A stretch of DNA of 64,000 nt, from the IMG/VR virus record IMGVR_UViG_3300032236_001859, positions 124,001 to 188,000 of that record. One strand, given 5' to 3'. Position 1 is the stretch's first letter. The number at the start of each line of letters is the position of its first letter. The translations under genes and the position numbers were made by a program. The notes beneath the pieces are model-generated. The model was not told where the DNA came from and ran no database searches. It saw only the letters and a program-made list of their open reading frames with translations. This document shows positions 8,780 through 19,096 of this stretch, one piece after another.

Positions 8780-10180
8780 CTACTTCCTTGGTGACAAGGG
8801 TGATGGTAACGGGGTTGCGCGCCTCGACAAGACCATGCCCTGAACGAGGGCTCCGAGCGTGGCTTCATCTGCGTTGTTATTGGGATGCACGGCGAAAGCT
8901 ACTTTGTAGTGGAGATAGAGGTCAGCAAGACCCCTACTCGCCGTGACATCAGGAGCACGACCAGCACCGGCCAACTTCACATTCGGCTGACCGGAGATTG
9001 TGGCATGGAGAACCCGTCTGGCCGGGTGGGCTCCGCGCATCGATGTCGCGTAATCCAGGGATCCCACGACATCGTCCTCAAGACGAATCGGGGTCGTGGA
9101 TTCGACGCCATCTAAAGAGTTGATTTCAACCGCTGATTTCAGGAGACCATGAAAACCTTGTTTAACAGCGAGATCATGGGCGAGTCGGACATCTGGGGAG
9201 ATCGATGCCATGGGGATGTCGACCACGAAGTCAGCGAAGTCCCGGATACCGAGGACGCATCCACGCTTGTGGAGCCAGTTCAGCATCGCGGGGGCCCCAT
9301 GGGCCTCGAATGCCTTCTTGATCTCCTTGCGAGTCTCGAGATCGAGATCACAGGGTTCTGGCCCAATATCGGCGAGCTGGGCGAGACCACCAATGCGCTT
9401 CTCAATGGTGGCCAGGCGCATCATCATCGCATACTTCGAGGAGTTCAGCTTCCGCATCGAGGTCTGTAGGGCGATCTCGAAGCCAGGGACTCCTGGGCGC
9501 TCCAGGGCAACCTTCCGCAAAGTATAACCAATGCGGTCAGCGGGTTTCCATACCGTGGATTGATCCATGTAGTACGGATTCGGATTCTTCATGTAAACTT
9601 TTTGACCATCCTTGGTGACCTCACCAAGCATGTGCTTGATGTGCTCACAGTGGTCCTTGGCCTCGGGTGCCTTGTGGTCACACACCGAGCAGACGTCATA
9701 GGCCTGCATGGATCCCATGGACACCGGGACATCCTTGCCCTCTTCGAGAGCCTGGACTTCATCTGCGTTCTTCTCGTTGTCGAGTGCTGATATCAACTCG
9801 ATGCGAGACATGGGTCCATTGTGACCCGTGAACAAGATGTCGCCCGTTTTCTTATCGGGGTCATCGTTGTCATGGTTCTTGAAGACATGCCCATGCGTCT
9901 TAAATCTGGTATGACAAGTCTTGTTGTCTTTTTCGCTGAAGCCATCGTTATTGCGGTTGTCGCCATAGCGTTCTTCATCACCAACCGCGATGGTATGTAT
10001 GATGGTCTTGCCAGGGATAGGCTTCATCTCGGCGAGTTCCTTCTGGAACAGGAGACCGCCGGCCTCCTTCGCCGTCTTCATGAACAGCTCTTTATCGAAC
10101 CCACGACTCGAGAATCTCACCAGGGTCACCTCAGGTGCCTGGAAATCATAGGTGTGTGGGGAAAGGATCTTGGCGATCAT
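8780..10180 (-). CDS. Prohead maturation protease (assemblin/HK97-like Ser protease) with Cys/His Zn-finger insertion
   Basis: Start moved to MIAKILS (10180). GHVFKNH, RIELI, VSMGS...YDVCSVCDH...CEHIK, MDQSTVWKPADRIG pattern of phage prohead proteases; located directly upstream of scaffold and MCP. Confidence 0.75.
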   Translation of the reverse strand: MIAKILSPHTYDFQAPEVTLVRFSSRGFDKELFMKTAKEAGGLLFQKELAEMKPIPGKTIIHTIAVGDEERYGDNRNNDGFSEKDNKTCHTRFKTHGHVFKNHDNDDPDKKTGDILFTGHNGPMSRIELISALDNEKNADEVQALEEGKDVPVSMGSMQAYDVCSVCDHKAPEAKDHCEHIKHMLGEVTKDGQKVYMKNPNPYYMDQSTVWKPADRIGYTLRKVALERPGVPGFEIALQTSMRKLNSSKYAMMMRLATIEKRIGGLAQLADIGPEPCDLDLETRKEIKKAFEAHGAPAMLNWLHKRGCVLGIRDFADFVVDIPMASISPDVRLAHDLAVKQGFHGLLKSAVEINSLDGVESTTPIRLEDDVVGSLDYATSMRGAHPARRVLHATISGQPNVKLAGAGRAPDVTASRGLADLYLHYKVAFAVHPNNNADEATLGALVQGMVLSRRATPLPSPLSPRK

Positions 10181-10182
10181 GA

Positions 10183-11184
10183 TCAGTGCCCTGTAGCCAT
10201 GTTGACGACGCCGTTGGCCGCAGTACCCGCACCCCACCCAATTCCTGCGTGGATGAGCGCATTGCCAATCCCCTTACTAGGAAGTGTGCTGCGCGCCTTG
10301 CCCAGGTTCTCTGCGTAATTGCGGAGGTTAATCGCCTTGGCGTGCTCCAGTGGCAGATTCGTCACGGGGTCCAGCCCATAACCTTTACCGAGCTGCTGTT
10401 GCAGACGCCCCGAGATCTCCAGTGCCCTGGTGTGTTCCGGGGTCAAGATCTTCTGGTTATGCCCACTGTTAAACATCAGAGTTCTGGCTTCATCTGCTTT
10501 ATCTTGAACAACCCCTGCATTACGCTCGAAGTTGGATTGCTCACCCTTTGCCTTGAACTGAAGTGGATCTTTTAGCCATGACCACGCCGTTGGACTGGTT
10601 ATTGGCTTAGCATTACCGCCACCCTTGAGGACGTCGCCCTCAGAGCTCAACTCGGCGAGAACATTCTTGGGATTCACGGCGGCATCACGTACATGGAGCT
10701 GGACGGCCTTGGAGGCCTCCTCGGGGGTCATCCCGGGAACCCCAGTGTTTCCAAGATTCCTGGCAAGGGTGTCGGCGTGAGCGCCACCCTTGGTGATCTC
10801 GTCGACAACCCCACTCGTGGACTGTTGCCGGTAGGCGTCGCCAAACGGTAGATTCTTGCGGGTTACCGGGGCCAACGCGGCGGCACCGGCACCGAGACCA
10901 GTTAGAGTCCCAGGAGCCATCCCGGTGTACTTGTCAGTGAACTTGTCGACGGGCCCCCTGTTATCACCACCAATGCGTGATCCCAGGTAATCCCCGATTT
11001 CCTTGCGGTACAGATATGCGGCGCCGAGACCAGCGGCAAGGGTGCCACTGGCAAGGGCCAGTGACAACCATTCCTTGGCACCCCAGCCCTTGTCGTCTTC
11101 CTCGTCCTCGGCGTCATCGGAGACCGGGTACACGGCTTCAGCGGCCTGCTTAGCAAAGGCGTCGTGGTCGGCATGGGTTACCAT
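10183..11184 (-). CDS. K-x-A-motif protein with predicted membrane helices (putative internal/ejection protein)
   Basis: FAKQAAEA near the N-terminus, then WLSLALASGTLAAGLGAAYLY; C-terminal glycine-zipper ALIHAGIGWGAGTAA. Confidence 0.6.
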   Translation of the reverse strand: MVTHADHDAFAKQAAEAVYPVSDDAEDEEDDKGWGAKEWLSLALASGTLAAGLGAAYLYRKEIGDYLGSRIGGDNRGPVDKFTDKYTGMAPGTLTGLGAGAAALAPVTRKNLPFGDAYRQQSTSGVVDEITKGGAHADTLARNLGNTGVPGMTPEEASKAVQLHVRDAAVNPKNVLAELSSEGDVLKGGGNAKPITSPTAWSWLKDPLQFKAKGEQSNFERNAGVVQDKADEARTLMFNSGHNQKILTPEHTRALEISGRLQQQLGKGYGLDPVTNLPLEHAKAINLRNYAENLGKARSTLPSKGIGNALIHAGIGWGAGTAANGVVNMATGH

Positions 11185-11187
11185 GTT

Positions 11188-12687
11188 TCAGCCCTTCGCG
11201 TGGTGTTTCTGGAGTCGCATCATAACATCGGTGTCGAGGTCGCCACCACTGGCGAGCTGATCCTTGACCAGACGTCGAATCATCGAGGAGTCCGCATCAG
11301 GGTTCGTTGCCATAACAGCGTTAAAGGCTTTTACAGTTTCAGGAATCGGGCGCTGAGAAATATAGGGGTCATCCATCAGGGATGCCAGGGAGACCGCTGC
11401 ACCCGTGTTCTTGACGCGTTGCTGCCCACCGGAGCTCAAAGGCGATTTTGCGGAGACCCCGTAGTCATGTGAGGAGCCGCCATCACGGTTGCCCAGGGCA
11501 CCCCCGACGACGTCTTCAATCTTCTCACCACCCATGGCATCCTCGGGAAGCGAGGTCGCGGTGTCCGACAAATTCTTGACGTAGCCACCTGCATCCTCAG
11601 CGATCTTTGCGATCCGGGGGCCGGCTTCGGCGAGTCTGCGGTCGACTTCATTCTTGGCGGCGAGACAATGCGAGGCGTGCTTCCACAAAGTCTCCAGCGT
11701 CGAGACTGAGTCCACAAGCTCTTTCTCACGTGGGCTGCATGTCGCGATGACATCACTGGCGATCTTCATCGCGGGGGTCGCCCTGTGGTGCCCACGCTTC
11801 TCGAGGCTTCCGGTTACCCAGATGACATCGAGAGTGGCGGGGTCGACTCCAGCGCGCTTCGCCAGGGTCTCCACACGGGAGAACGCCGGGGAATCCACGC
11901 GGGAGAAGGATTCCACGATTCGAGCAAGTTTGACAAAGGCGGCATCACGGTGTTCGGAGAACTTGGTTCTCGCGGTCTCCGCGGCCACCTTCAAGTTCTG
12001 GAGTTTGATAAAAGGGTTGTCGGCGAGGCGTGAGCAATCGATGCCGTGGAGCCTGGAGTCCAGGGCTTCACGGATCCGCGAGGCTTCCATGCCGAAATCA
12101 GCGTTGACCCGGAATCCATCGATATCACAGGCCACCTTGAGGCGACCACGTTGCATGGCCATGGGGTCCACACCAAAGGCTTCACGAGCCGTCTTGATGA
12201 GTTCGGCATCCTCGGCTTCGGCGTCGGCATCACTGACTGCATCTTTGAAGTCGTCTTCTTCCTCATAGGAGGCATCGACGTCTTCGGGATCCGCTTTGCC
12301 TTCGGATTCCGCAGCAGTTTTCTTGGCACCCGGCAACTTGTTCGGGGATTCGACATCAGGGTAATCCCCTGGCTTCGTCCCATTCGCCGGCTTCTTGTTC
12401 TCGGCGTCGGGTTCCGGGAAGAGTTCCTGGGTGACCTCATCAGCGTTGGTCAGCGGAAAGGGATCCGCTTTGGCCTCGGCTTCCGAGTTCGCGAGATGGC
12501 TCAGGGTTCTTGAGTTGTTGACGGCATGGCTGACCAAGGCGACCTCTTTTGCATTGAGGTCGAACTCTTGAGCAACTTTGCGGAGCGCTGCGTTGGGAGC
12601 TGCACCATCATTCATGCCGTCGACACAGGCCTCAGCGGCCTTGATTAAGGTGGCGTGACGCCGGGGTCCCATGAGTTCAAGGCTCAT
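11188..12687 (-). CDS. K-x-A-rich helical virion protein
   Basis: 499 aa; IKAAE, RKVAQ, KKTAA, IKTAR, LKVAC, LKVAA, MKIAS, AKIAE. Confidence 0.6.
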   Translation of the reverse strand: MSLELMGPRRHATLIKAAEACVDGMNDGAAPNAALRKVAQEFDLNAKEVALVSHAVNNSRTLSHLANSEAEAKADPFPLTNADEVTQELFPEPDAENKKPANGTKPGDYPDVESPNKLPGAKKTAAESEGKADPEDVDASYEEEDDFKDAVSDADAEAEDAELIKTAREAFGVDPMAMQRGRLKVACDIDGFRVNADFGMEASRIREALDSRLHGIDCSRLADNPFIKLQNLKVAAETARTKFSEHRDAAFVKLARIVESFSRVDSPAFSRVETLAKRAGVDPATLDVIWVTGSLEKRGHHRATPAMKIASDVIATCSPREKELVDSVSTLETLWKHASHCLAAKNEVDRRLAEAGPRIAKIAEDAGGYVKNLSDTATSLPEDAMGGEKIEDVVGGALGNRDGGSSHDYGVSAKSPLSSGGQQRVKNTGAAVSLASLMDDPYISQRPIPETVKAFNAVMATNPDADSSMIRRLVKDQLASGGDLDTDVMMRLQKHHAKG

Positions 12688-13616
12688 ACAGTTTGCTCCT
12701 CGAGCACCGTGGCATCCACGGTGCGAATCATTTCGTGAACACGGGCCTCCCGAGCCGGGAGTTTTTTGTTGGCTTCCAATGAAGGATTCGCCACTGAGAA
12801 CGGAATTTCTTGCAGGAACGTCATGACGGCATCAGCATTGGAATCCCCGGTACCCGCGCCACCCAAGGCGTGGACAGCGCGATCCTTGATCATCATGAGC
12901 ACGGAACGCATGGTTTCCAGGCTGCGTTCATCCCCACGAGTCTTGCAGAACGAGGCGATCAGGGTCTGACGATACGCGATCTCTTCGATCTGGGATGCCA
13001 GGGCCTCTCTGAGCTCGCCACCCTTCAGGGTAGACTTGAGGGCTCCCTTGGGATCCGCATAGGTCTCCAGGATCTTGGATCCCAGGAGCCAACCAGCACG
13101 ATGGTGTTCACCGAGTCGGCTGGTGTTATTGATGTCGCGGATGAGACCAAGGATGTCCCCGAACAACAGGGTGCAGATCCATTCGGGTTTGTGCAGGATG
13201 TCACGGACATCGAAGAAGGTCTCCGCATAGGCATAGATGTCGCCTAGCTTGAGCCCCTTCTTGGCACCCTGACTCCACTTGGTCAGGATGTCTTCGACTT
13301 CGATGTCAGAACACAACAGGTAGGCCTCAAGGGAGGATCTCAACCCAGGGTGTTCCGTGAAAAGCGTGTAGGCGTTTTTAAGACATGAGTAGTCTTCGCC
13401 GACATCGATCTCACGATCTCTGAAAATCTTGAACTCGTAGGCCGAGGTCACCCCGTGGTCATTGATCTCTTCGAGGCGGGCACGCGCCGCGGTCTCCCGC
13501 ATCGCGGTGAGCTCGCAGACCTTGCCCCAGCGCCAGTCCGCGCGGAACAGGGCACTTCCATGGATATCATTGGAAGGCCCGTATTTCTTAGCGTAGATGT
13601 CGCCGATGAGCTTCAT
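12684..13616 (-). CDS. Hypothetical protein
   Basis: 310-aa ORF, ATGA-coupled to the downstream gene. Confidence 0.7.
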   Translation of the reverse strand: MKLIGDIYAKKYGPSNDIHGSALFRADWRWGKVCELTAMRETAARARLEEINDHGVTSAYEFKIFRDREIDVGEDYSCLKNAYTLFTEHPGLRSSLEAYLLCSDIEVEDILTKWSQGAKKGLKLGDIYAYAETFFDVRDILHKPEWICTLLFGDILGLIRDINNTSRLGEHHRAGWLLGSKILETYADPKGALKSTLKGGELREALASQIEEIAYRQTLIASFCKTRGDERSLETMRSVLMMIKDRAVHALGGAGTGDSNADAVMTFLQEIPFSVANPSLEANKKLPAREARVHEMIRTVDATVLEEQTV

Positions 13617-13619
13617 GGA

Positions 13620-13820
13620 TTACTTCTGAGCAGCCTGTGCAGCAGCGAAGGCGTCGAGGCGTTCATGTGCAGCCTTGGCGAGACCCTTGACTTGGTCATC
13701 ACTGAGTCCCATGCCACGCGCGGCTTCGTAGAAACCGAGGTCAACGGCGTTGGCGCCATCGACTTCGTCGGCGGCTGCCAGCTTTTTGAGGAGGACGTCT
13801 GAGGCAGACTTGGATAACAT
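13620..13820 (-). CDS. Small K-x-A-motif protein
   Basis: Start moved to MLSKSASDV (AAAGGA SD); 66 aa with SKSAS, KKLAA, AKAAH. Confidence 0.7.
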   Translation of the reverse strand: MLSKSASDVLLKKLAAADEVDGANAVDLGFYEAARGMGLSDDQVKGLAKAAHERLDAFAAAQAAQK

Positions 13821-13854
13821 GGTGGATTCCTTTTCTGGGAAATTGAAGACGGCC

Positions 13855-16107
13855 TTAGCCGTCCATGGTGGAGTTGATGCCGAGACCGTAGAACTCGGGG
13901 TCCCCGGAGAGCGTGCGCTTGCGGAGGAAGATGATGAGATCACCGAGGCCCTCGAACGAGGACTTCAGGTTGTCACCGAGTTCAACGCTGTCTTCCTTGC
14001 CGAACTTTTCCTGGAACTCGTCGTAGTGCCAGTGCATCAAGAACAAGATGCGACCGAGGCGATCCATACCAGCAACAATGGTGGGCAGGAAGCGTTCGAT
14101 CATTTCGACAGGGGCATGAGTCTTGGTCAGGCTACCGAGGACAGCGGAATCGAAGACTTCTTTTTGACCCGTCTTCGCGGCTTGGTCGATGGCCTGGAAG
14201 GGGTCACCGCCACCTTCGTTCTCGGCGTCGCCGTGACCAAAGGGGGAGAAGTATTGGTATTGCTGGCGGTTGTCGGGGGTCTGGGAGGTCCGCGCCTGGG
14301 TTTCCCAGGGCACCTTGGTGGTATGGAAGCTGGACATCACTCCACCTTCGGAGGTGTCATTGATGTCCGGGAACGCCATCATGTTCTCAGACGCCGCTTG
14401 CTTCACCAACCAGTTCTGCGGGGCACGGAGGGCGTGGCGAAGCATGCTGCGGGTGTCGGATTCCGAGCACCCATGTTTCTTCATGAGATAACTGATCGCA
14501 GCTGTCTTCCCGAAGTAGTGGCTACCAAAATCATCCTTGATGTTGATGCCGGTTTCATCAGTCCAGACTTTAACAGCACTGGCCTGCTTCTTGAGGACTT
14601 CGATGATGGTGTTGTGGTCACCGAAGTCAGAGGCCTCGAGATGTTTCTCGAGACGGGTCTTCTCCCGGTTCTCCCAATCCAACTTGGCGTCGTCTTCACG
14701 GTTACCGTAGACCACAGCGGTGTAATACTTCGAGTTCACGTACAGCGTCGAGTTCGTTTTCTTGAGATCACGGTTTCCGGCTTCGGAGACAATGACCTGA
14801 TCGCAGTCGTGTTCACCAATGTAACCCAAGGGGCGGTTGATGGCGAAGACTCCACGATCCTTGTGGGCAAAACGCTCGGGGATCGAGCGGAGATCCCAGG
14901 TGGAACCCCCGTGGGTCTTATAGGTCGTGATGCCGTCATCACTGACCGCGGTGAAGACATCCAGGGGAGCCGAGGTCTTCACACCATCTTTGGCGACGAA
15001 GATGACTTGATCACCGGGGCGCACCTTGTTGGCGGCAACGCTGACCTTCTCGAGTTCCTTGGCAAAATCGGTTTCAGTGTACTGCCGCAGTGTTGAGATC
15101 GCACCAACTGCGGTGATACAAGTTTTCTCATCAGAGCACCGGATCACGAAAACCCTGCCGTTATCCGATGACATCGGGATCACAAGTGTGGGTTCCACGG
15201 AACCATTGGCGTAGAGGACATCGTAGAGTCCACCACCAGTAGGCGACGTCAGCTGCTGCTTGGTCTGGGTCGAGTACACAATGGACTTCGACATCTCAGG
15301 ACGCTTGTCGACAACTGCGACGTCACCTTCGAGGATCTGCTTGCGTTGGGCATCAGTGAGTTCATCGACGCCTTCTTGATCAATGGTCGAAATCACAGTG
15401 ATGGGCTCACCCTTTTGTTCCGCGGCGAGTTTAACAACACCGGGGACCCCGAAGGCGAGATCGGGGTAGAACTTACGAACCGCATTGGCGAGTTTAACAT
15501 GCCCTGCGGTCTTCGGGTTCACAATGGTATCCATGAACATCGAGGCGACATCGTGGCCCAGGGCTTCGATACCACTGGGGAGATCCACGGCACCCGCGAT
15601 CTTGCGGATATGTGTGATCTTGTGGATGGGAACCACAGGGCAGTCACCGGCGGCCTTGCGGGCCGCGGCACGCTTGGACAAACTGCTGCCGCCACCATCG
15701 CCATCATAAATACCAGCGGGCAATGTGCGGAGACGGTTGTAATCTGGGGTGCGTACACCACGTTGGACCCGGTTGCGTTTATCGGCTTCACCGAGAACAG
15801 TGGGGCGGCGATTGATGATGGAATTAACCCAGTCTTCACTCAAGGGCACGAAGAGATCTGAGTTCACGGAATAAATGGAGTCGAGTCCCTTGATCTCCCC
15901 GTTGAGGAAGAACACGGGGCTGTAATGCCAGTCGCCACCGATCTCAAAAGCGAACATGCCAACTGCACGACCGCCATCTTCATCGGCATCAATGAGTTGA
16001 AACCCGACGAGATAGTCGAGGAGAACCGGTGACTTATCACGGAGTCTGGCGTTGGCGAGGTCAGAGAACGTCTGCTCCAGCGCGGACTCAGAGGTATCTT
16101 GCGGCAT
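13855..16107 (-). CDS. Large head-region protein with clustered K-x-A sites
   Basis: 750 aa; AGGAG SD; SKRAAARKAAG, RKIAG, VKLAN, VKLAA, KKQAS, GKTAA, VKQAAS. Confidence 0.7.
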   Translation of the reverse strand: MPQDTSESALEQTFSDLANARLRDKSPVLLDYLVGFQLIDADEDGGRAVGMFAFEIGGDWHYSPVFFLNGEIKGLDSIYSVNSDLFVPLSEDWVNSIINRRPTVLGEADKRNRVQRGVRTPDYNRLRTLPAGIYDGDGGGSSLSKRAAARKAAGDCPVVPIHKITHIRKIAGAVDLPSGIEALGHDVASMFMDTIVNPKTAGHVKLANAVRKFYPDLAFGVPGVVKLAAEQKGEPITVISTIDQEGVDELTDAQRKQILEGDVAVVDKRPEMSKSIVYSTQTKQQLTSPTGGGLYDVLYANGSVEPTLVIPMSSDNGRVFVIRCSDEKTCITAVGAISTLRQYTETDFAKELEKVSVAANKVRPGDQVIFVAKDGVKTSAPLDVFTAVSDDGITTYKTHGGSTWDLRSIPERFAHKDRGVFAINRPLGYIGEHDCDQVIVSEAGNRDLKKTNSTLYVNSKYYTAVVYGNREDDAKLDWENREKTRLEKHLEASDFGDHNTIIEVLKKQASAVKVWTDETGINIKDDFGSHYFGKTAAISYLMKKHGCSESDTRSMLRHALRAPQNWLVKQAASENMMAFPDINDTSEGGVMSSFHTTKVPWETQARTSQTPDNRQQYQYFSPFGHGDAENEGGGDPFQAIDQAAKTGQKEVFDSAVLGSLTKTHAPVEMIERFLPTIVAGMDRLGRILFLMHWHYDEFQEKFGKEDSVELGDNLKSSFEGLGDLIIFLRKRTLSGDPEFYGLGINSTMDG

Positions 16108-16136
16108 CTGGTGGACTCCTAGCGGTGCATCAAAGA

Positions 16137-18041
16137 TTAGCGAGGGGATCGCGGAGGGGAAGTCGGTAGCGGCGGCGTGCCATAAGCCCCAGTGGTCTTC
16201 AGGGTATCACCGAAACCGGTGGCCTTGGCAAGGGCGGGGACATAGCTGGTTGAGTTGGGATCGGATACCCTGGAGCGGTGCACGCTGTCAAGGAACCCTG
16301 ACGAGGTATAGAAACCGGAGAGCCTGGTCTGCCAGTCATTGTCATTGTAGACCCCCATGACCCCACGTTGCATCACGGGCTGGAAGTCGGGGTCATCATC
16401 ATGGGCATCGACATCCTTGATCCCCCACTTCTGGAGATCGGCGGATACCTTCTTGGTCACCCGGGTCCCCGGGGTGTAGTGAAGCACGGGCTCCTCGAGA
16501 TACTTCCCAACCGCCGAGTTCGGGGCTACCCGCTTGGTACCCGCTCTGGCCTTGTAGGCCCCGGCTACCGAGTTGTAGGAGGCAACATCATCGACGACGT
16601 GTTCCCCGATACCATTGGGGTTGGTGACCTTGACCCAGTTGAGTAAGCCGGCGACCACGGTTTCGATGTTCCTGCGATGGGTCTTGATGCCGTGGTTGGT
16701 CAGGGCCTCCTGCAGCATCTCAGCATACCTGCGGCGAGCCTCGCCGATACCGCGAAGCCTGACGAGCTGCTCGGGATGCGGGGCACCATCAGAGATGTCA
16801 TCCCCGGCTTCCAGGGTATCCCCTGGTTTCACCACGGGTTCGATTTCGGGGTGGAGATAGTAATCACGATCCCCCACGGTGACGAACTTGCCGCCCTGGG
16901 GGGCCCCGCGGATCCCCTTGACGACACCATCGACCTCGGCGAGTGGACCCGCCTCTGGGAATGTTTCTGGTGATTCTATAACACGGTTGAGATACTCAAA
17001 ACCCATGCGGAGATTCCGCTTCCCACCAATGACCCCGCTTTTGTGCTTTTCGTTTAAGGTGGCCTGGGATAGAGGGGCTCCAACACTCTGCGCAGCCGAG
17101 ATCCCAATGGGATCCCCGACATTGCTGAGTTCGGTGCGATCCCGACGACCCGCGGCGACACGGGAGACACCGCCGTCCTCAGAGGGCTCCGTCATCGGAC
17201 TGTGGACCAAGATGTCTTCGATGCCATCCTCAGATAACGATTCGAGGATATCCGCGGTGATGCGATCGCCGGCCTTGTGAGCCCCGGCATCCTTGGCGAG
17301 CACAGCACCGATGTTGTCGGCATCGCTGACCTTGGTAGGTAACCCCACGGGTAACCGGGTCATCGGGGGAGTATCTTTGTTGACGACGATGCGATGTGCG
17401 GCATTCGCCAACTTTTTTGACAAAAATCCGGCATCAGCTGTTGACATTTTTACCGCAATCATTCCGCGACGTTGCCCATAGGTCCCCGCCCAGTATTCCA
17501 CGGGATCCAAGCCCTCGCTGAGACTGTGGAGAATGGGAATCGGTACGATTTCATTGCGGTGGTCATTGACCAACCCGGAGGCCCCTCGGATCGCGTTGTA
17601 ATCCGACATCTTGCCGCGAGCACCAGATTTGACCTGGAACCAGTACGGGTTGTTCTCGGCTTCACCGGATTCCTTGAGGGCCTCCTGCATCTTCTCGACC
17701 ATGGGAAACATGACATCAGTGATGGCTTGCTTCTTCGCATCGGGGTCGAGGTCTGAGGTCTCAATGGCCATGACCCTGGAGCGAGCCCGCTGGATCAGCT
17801 TTTTCTCTTTGTCTGTTTTCTTGAGCCCGCTGAGACTGACACTGACGCCCTCGGTGAACGCGGCATCCCTGCCGACATCGTTCATCGTTTTCAGGACTTC
17901 CTTGTAACGCTCGGGGTACTTCTCGGCGACATGCCTAAGAATTGGCATCAGCTCTTTTTTGTCGATGGCTTTACCCCGGATCTGCATATCCGGTGGCAAG
18001 CTGTCATTGAGCAAAAGGGTGCCGACGGTGGTGGGATCCAT
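16137..18041 (-). CDS. rpoC: DNA-directed RNA polymerase beta' subunit, C-terminal half (bridge helix, trigger loop)
   Basis: KSGARG (cf. SGARG), GLDPVEYWAGTYGQRRGMIAVKMSTADAGFLSKKL (bridge helix, cf. GL...[30 protein letters not shown]), GDPIGISAAQSVGAPLSQATLNEKHKSG (trigger loop, cf. [28 protein letters not shown]). Confidence 0.93.
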   Translation of the reverse strand: MDPTTVGTLLLNDSLPPDMQIRGKAIDKKELMPILRHVAEKYPERYKEVLKTMNDVGRDAAFTEGVSVSLSGLKKTDKEKKLIQRARSRVMAIETSDLDPDAKKQAITDVMFPMVEKMQEALKESGEAENNPYWFQVKSGARGKMSDYNAIRGASGLVNDHRNEIVPIPILHSLSEGLDPVEYWAGTYGQRRGMIAVKMSTADAGFLSKKLANAAHRIVVNKDTPPMTRLPVGLPTKVSDADNIGAVLAKDAGAHKAGDRITADILESLSEDGIEDILVHSPMTEPSEDGGVSRVAAGRRDRTELSNVGDPIGISAAQSVGAPLSQATLNEKHKSGVIGGKRNLRMGFEYLNRVIESPETFPEAGPLAEVDGVVKGIRGAPQGGKFVTVGDRDYYLHPEIEPVVKPGDTLEAGDDISDGAPHPEQLVRLRGIGEARRRYAEMLQEALTNHGIKTHRRNIETVVAGLLNWVKVTNPNGIGEHVVDDVASYNSVAGAYKARAGTKRVAPNSAVGKYLEEPVLHYTPGTRVTKKVSADLQKWGIKDVDAHDDDPDFQPVMQRGVMGVYNDNDWQTRLSGFYTSSGFLDSVHRSRVSDPNSTSYVPALAKATGFGDTLKTTGAYGTPPLPTSPPRSPR

Positions 18042-19096
18042 TATGCAACTACCCTGCCATGCGGCATTTTAACCCTATTATTCTCACCGTCCTCACTATC
18101 CCCCTCCTCTGCATCATCTGCAACCGTAAGCGACTTGTACACTAGATATGCAAGAAGACTCGCTGCCCCTACTCCAGCTACACCCACCCCAACGGTGCCG
18201 AGTATATCATTTAGCGTACGCTGAGCTCCTAACGACTTCGGCGCTGGTAATGACCCTGAGCCTAATCCAGAGTCACCTTCAGTCACACTAGATGGGTTTG
18301 TATCTGTCTTAATTAGATTCTGATCTTTATTTTTATCCCCATCTTCTATGTGCCCCAGTATCTGTTGTACTCGTTTGTTGTTCGCTTCCATTCGTTCACG
18401 TATTTGCTCGTTCTGATAGTTATCATACTGCGCACCAACTCCGTTTACTTTTTCGGATTTCAACCAGTCACGGTAGGACTTTGCTAGTGATGTATCCCCT
18501 CGAAGATCACCCATGAATGTCTTAACTGCATCTTCGCGCTGTGCTGGTGTCATATCGGGCTTGAACTGCGGCCCATATTTCGAGATGTGGTCATATATCC
18601 AAGGTGCCCCTGCTGAGCCATTCGGGGGCCTGTCACCATTCGATAATGAGTATGCAGTCTCAGCCACCACCGCTGGAACCTCGGCCTCCATGGTTTCGGT
18701 AGGCATGCGCTCATTGTAGTGCGCCAACTCGTGCATGAGAACGTCATTCTGCGCGCTTTTACCATCTGGTGTGTGCAGCTCAATTTGATGTTCAGACGGA
18801 TACGCATCTGGGCGCAGCCAGTTACGCAAGCTCCATTTCTGGTTTGAATTACCTACGGTGCCTATGGACTGCGTAACATTGGCCTTCCCAGTGTATGGTA
18901 CCTGAACGCTGTCAGGTTTCTTATCAGGCCAATCAGCTGATCGAGTAAATGGTGGAGTAACAACTTTACGGCCCTTTATTATATCATCTCCTGGGATAAC
19001 ATCCCTGCCACCAGTGTAAATCATTTCCGCAGTTCGCTCCAATGTCGCAGCAACCTTAGAGCACAAGAAATGAAGGGCCTGGGCGGGAGTCAACAT
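18041..19096 (-). CDS. Putative zinc metallopeptidase (HExxH) with C-terminal membrane anchor
   Basis: VLMHELAHYNE...EAE at 18719-18733; N-terminal SKVAA; C-terminal hydrophobic ILGTVGVGVAGVGAASLLAYLVY plus acidic tail; lower GC. Confidence 0.55.
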   Translation of the reverse strand: MLTPAQALHFLCSKVAATLERTAEMIYTGGRDVIPGDDIIKGRKVVTPPFTRSADWPDKKPDSVQVPYTGKANVTQSIGTVGNSNQKWSLRNWLRPDAYPSEHQIELHTPDGKSAQNDVLMHELAHYNERMPTETMEAEVPAVVAETAYSLSNGDRPPNGSAGAPWIYDHISKYGPQFKPDMTPAQREDAVKTFMGDLRGDTSLAKSYRDWLKSEKVNGVGAQYDNYQNEQIRERMEANNKRVQQILGHIEDGDKNKDQNLIKTDTNPSSVTEGDSGLGSGSLPAPKSLGAQRTLNDILGTVGVGVAGVGAASLLAYLVYKSLTVADDAEEGDSEDGENNRVKMPHGRVVA

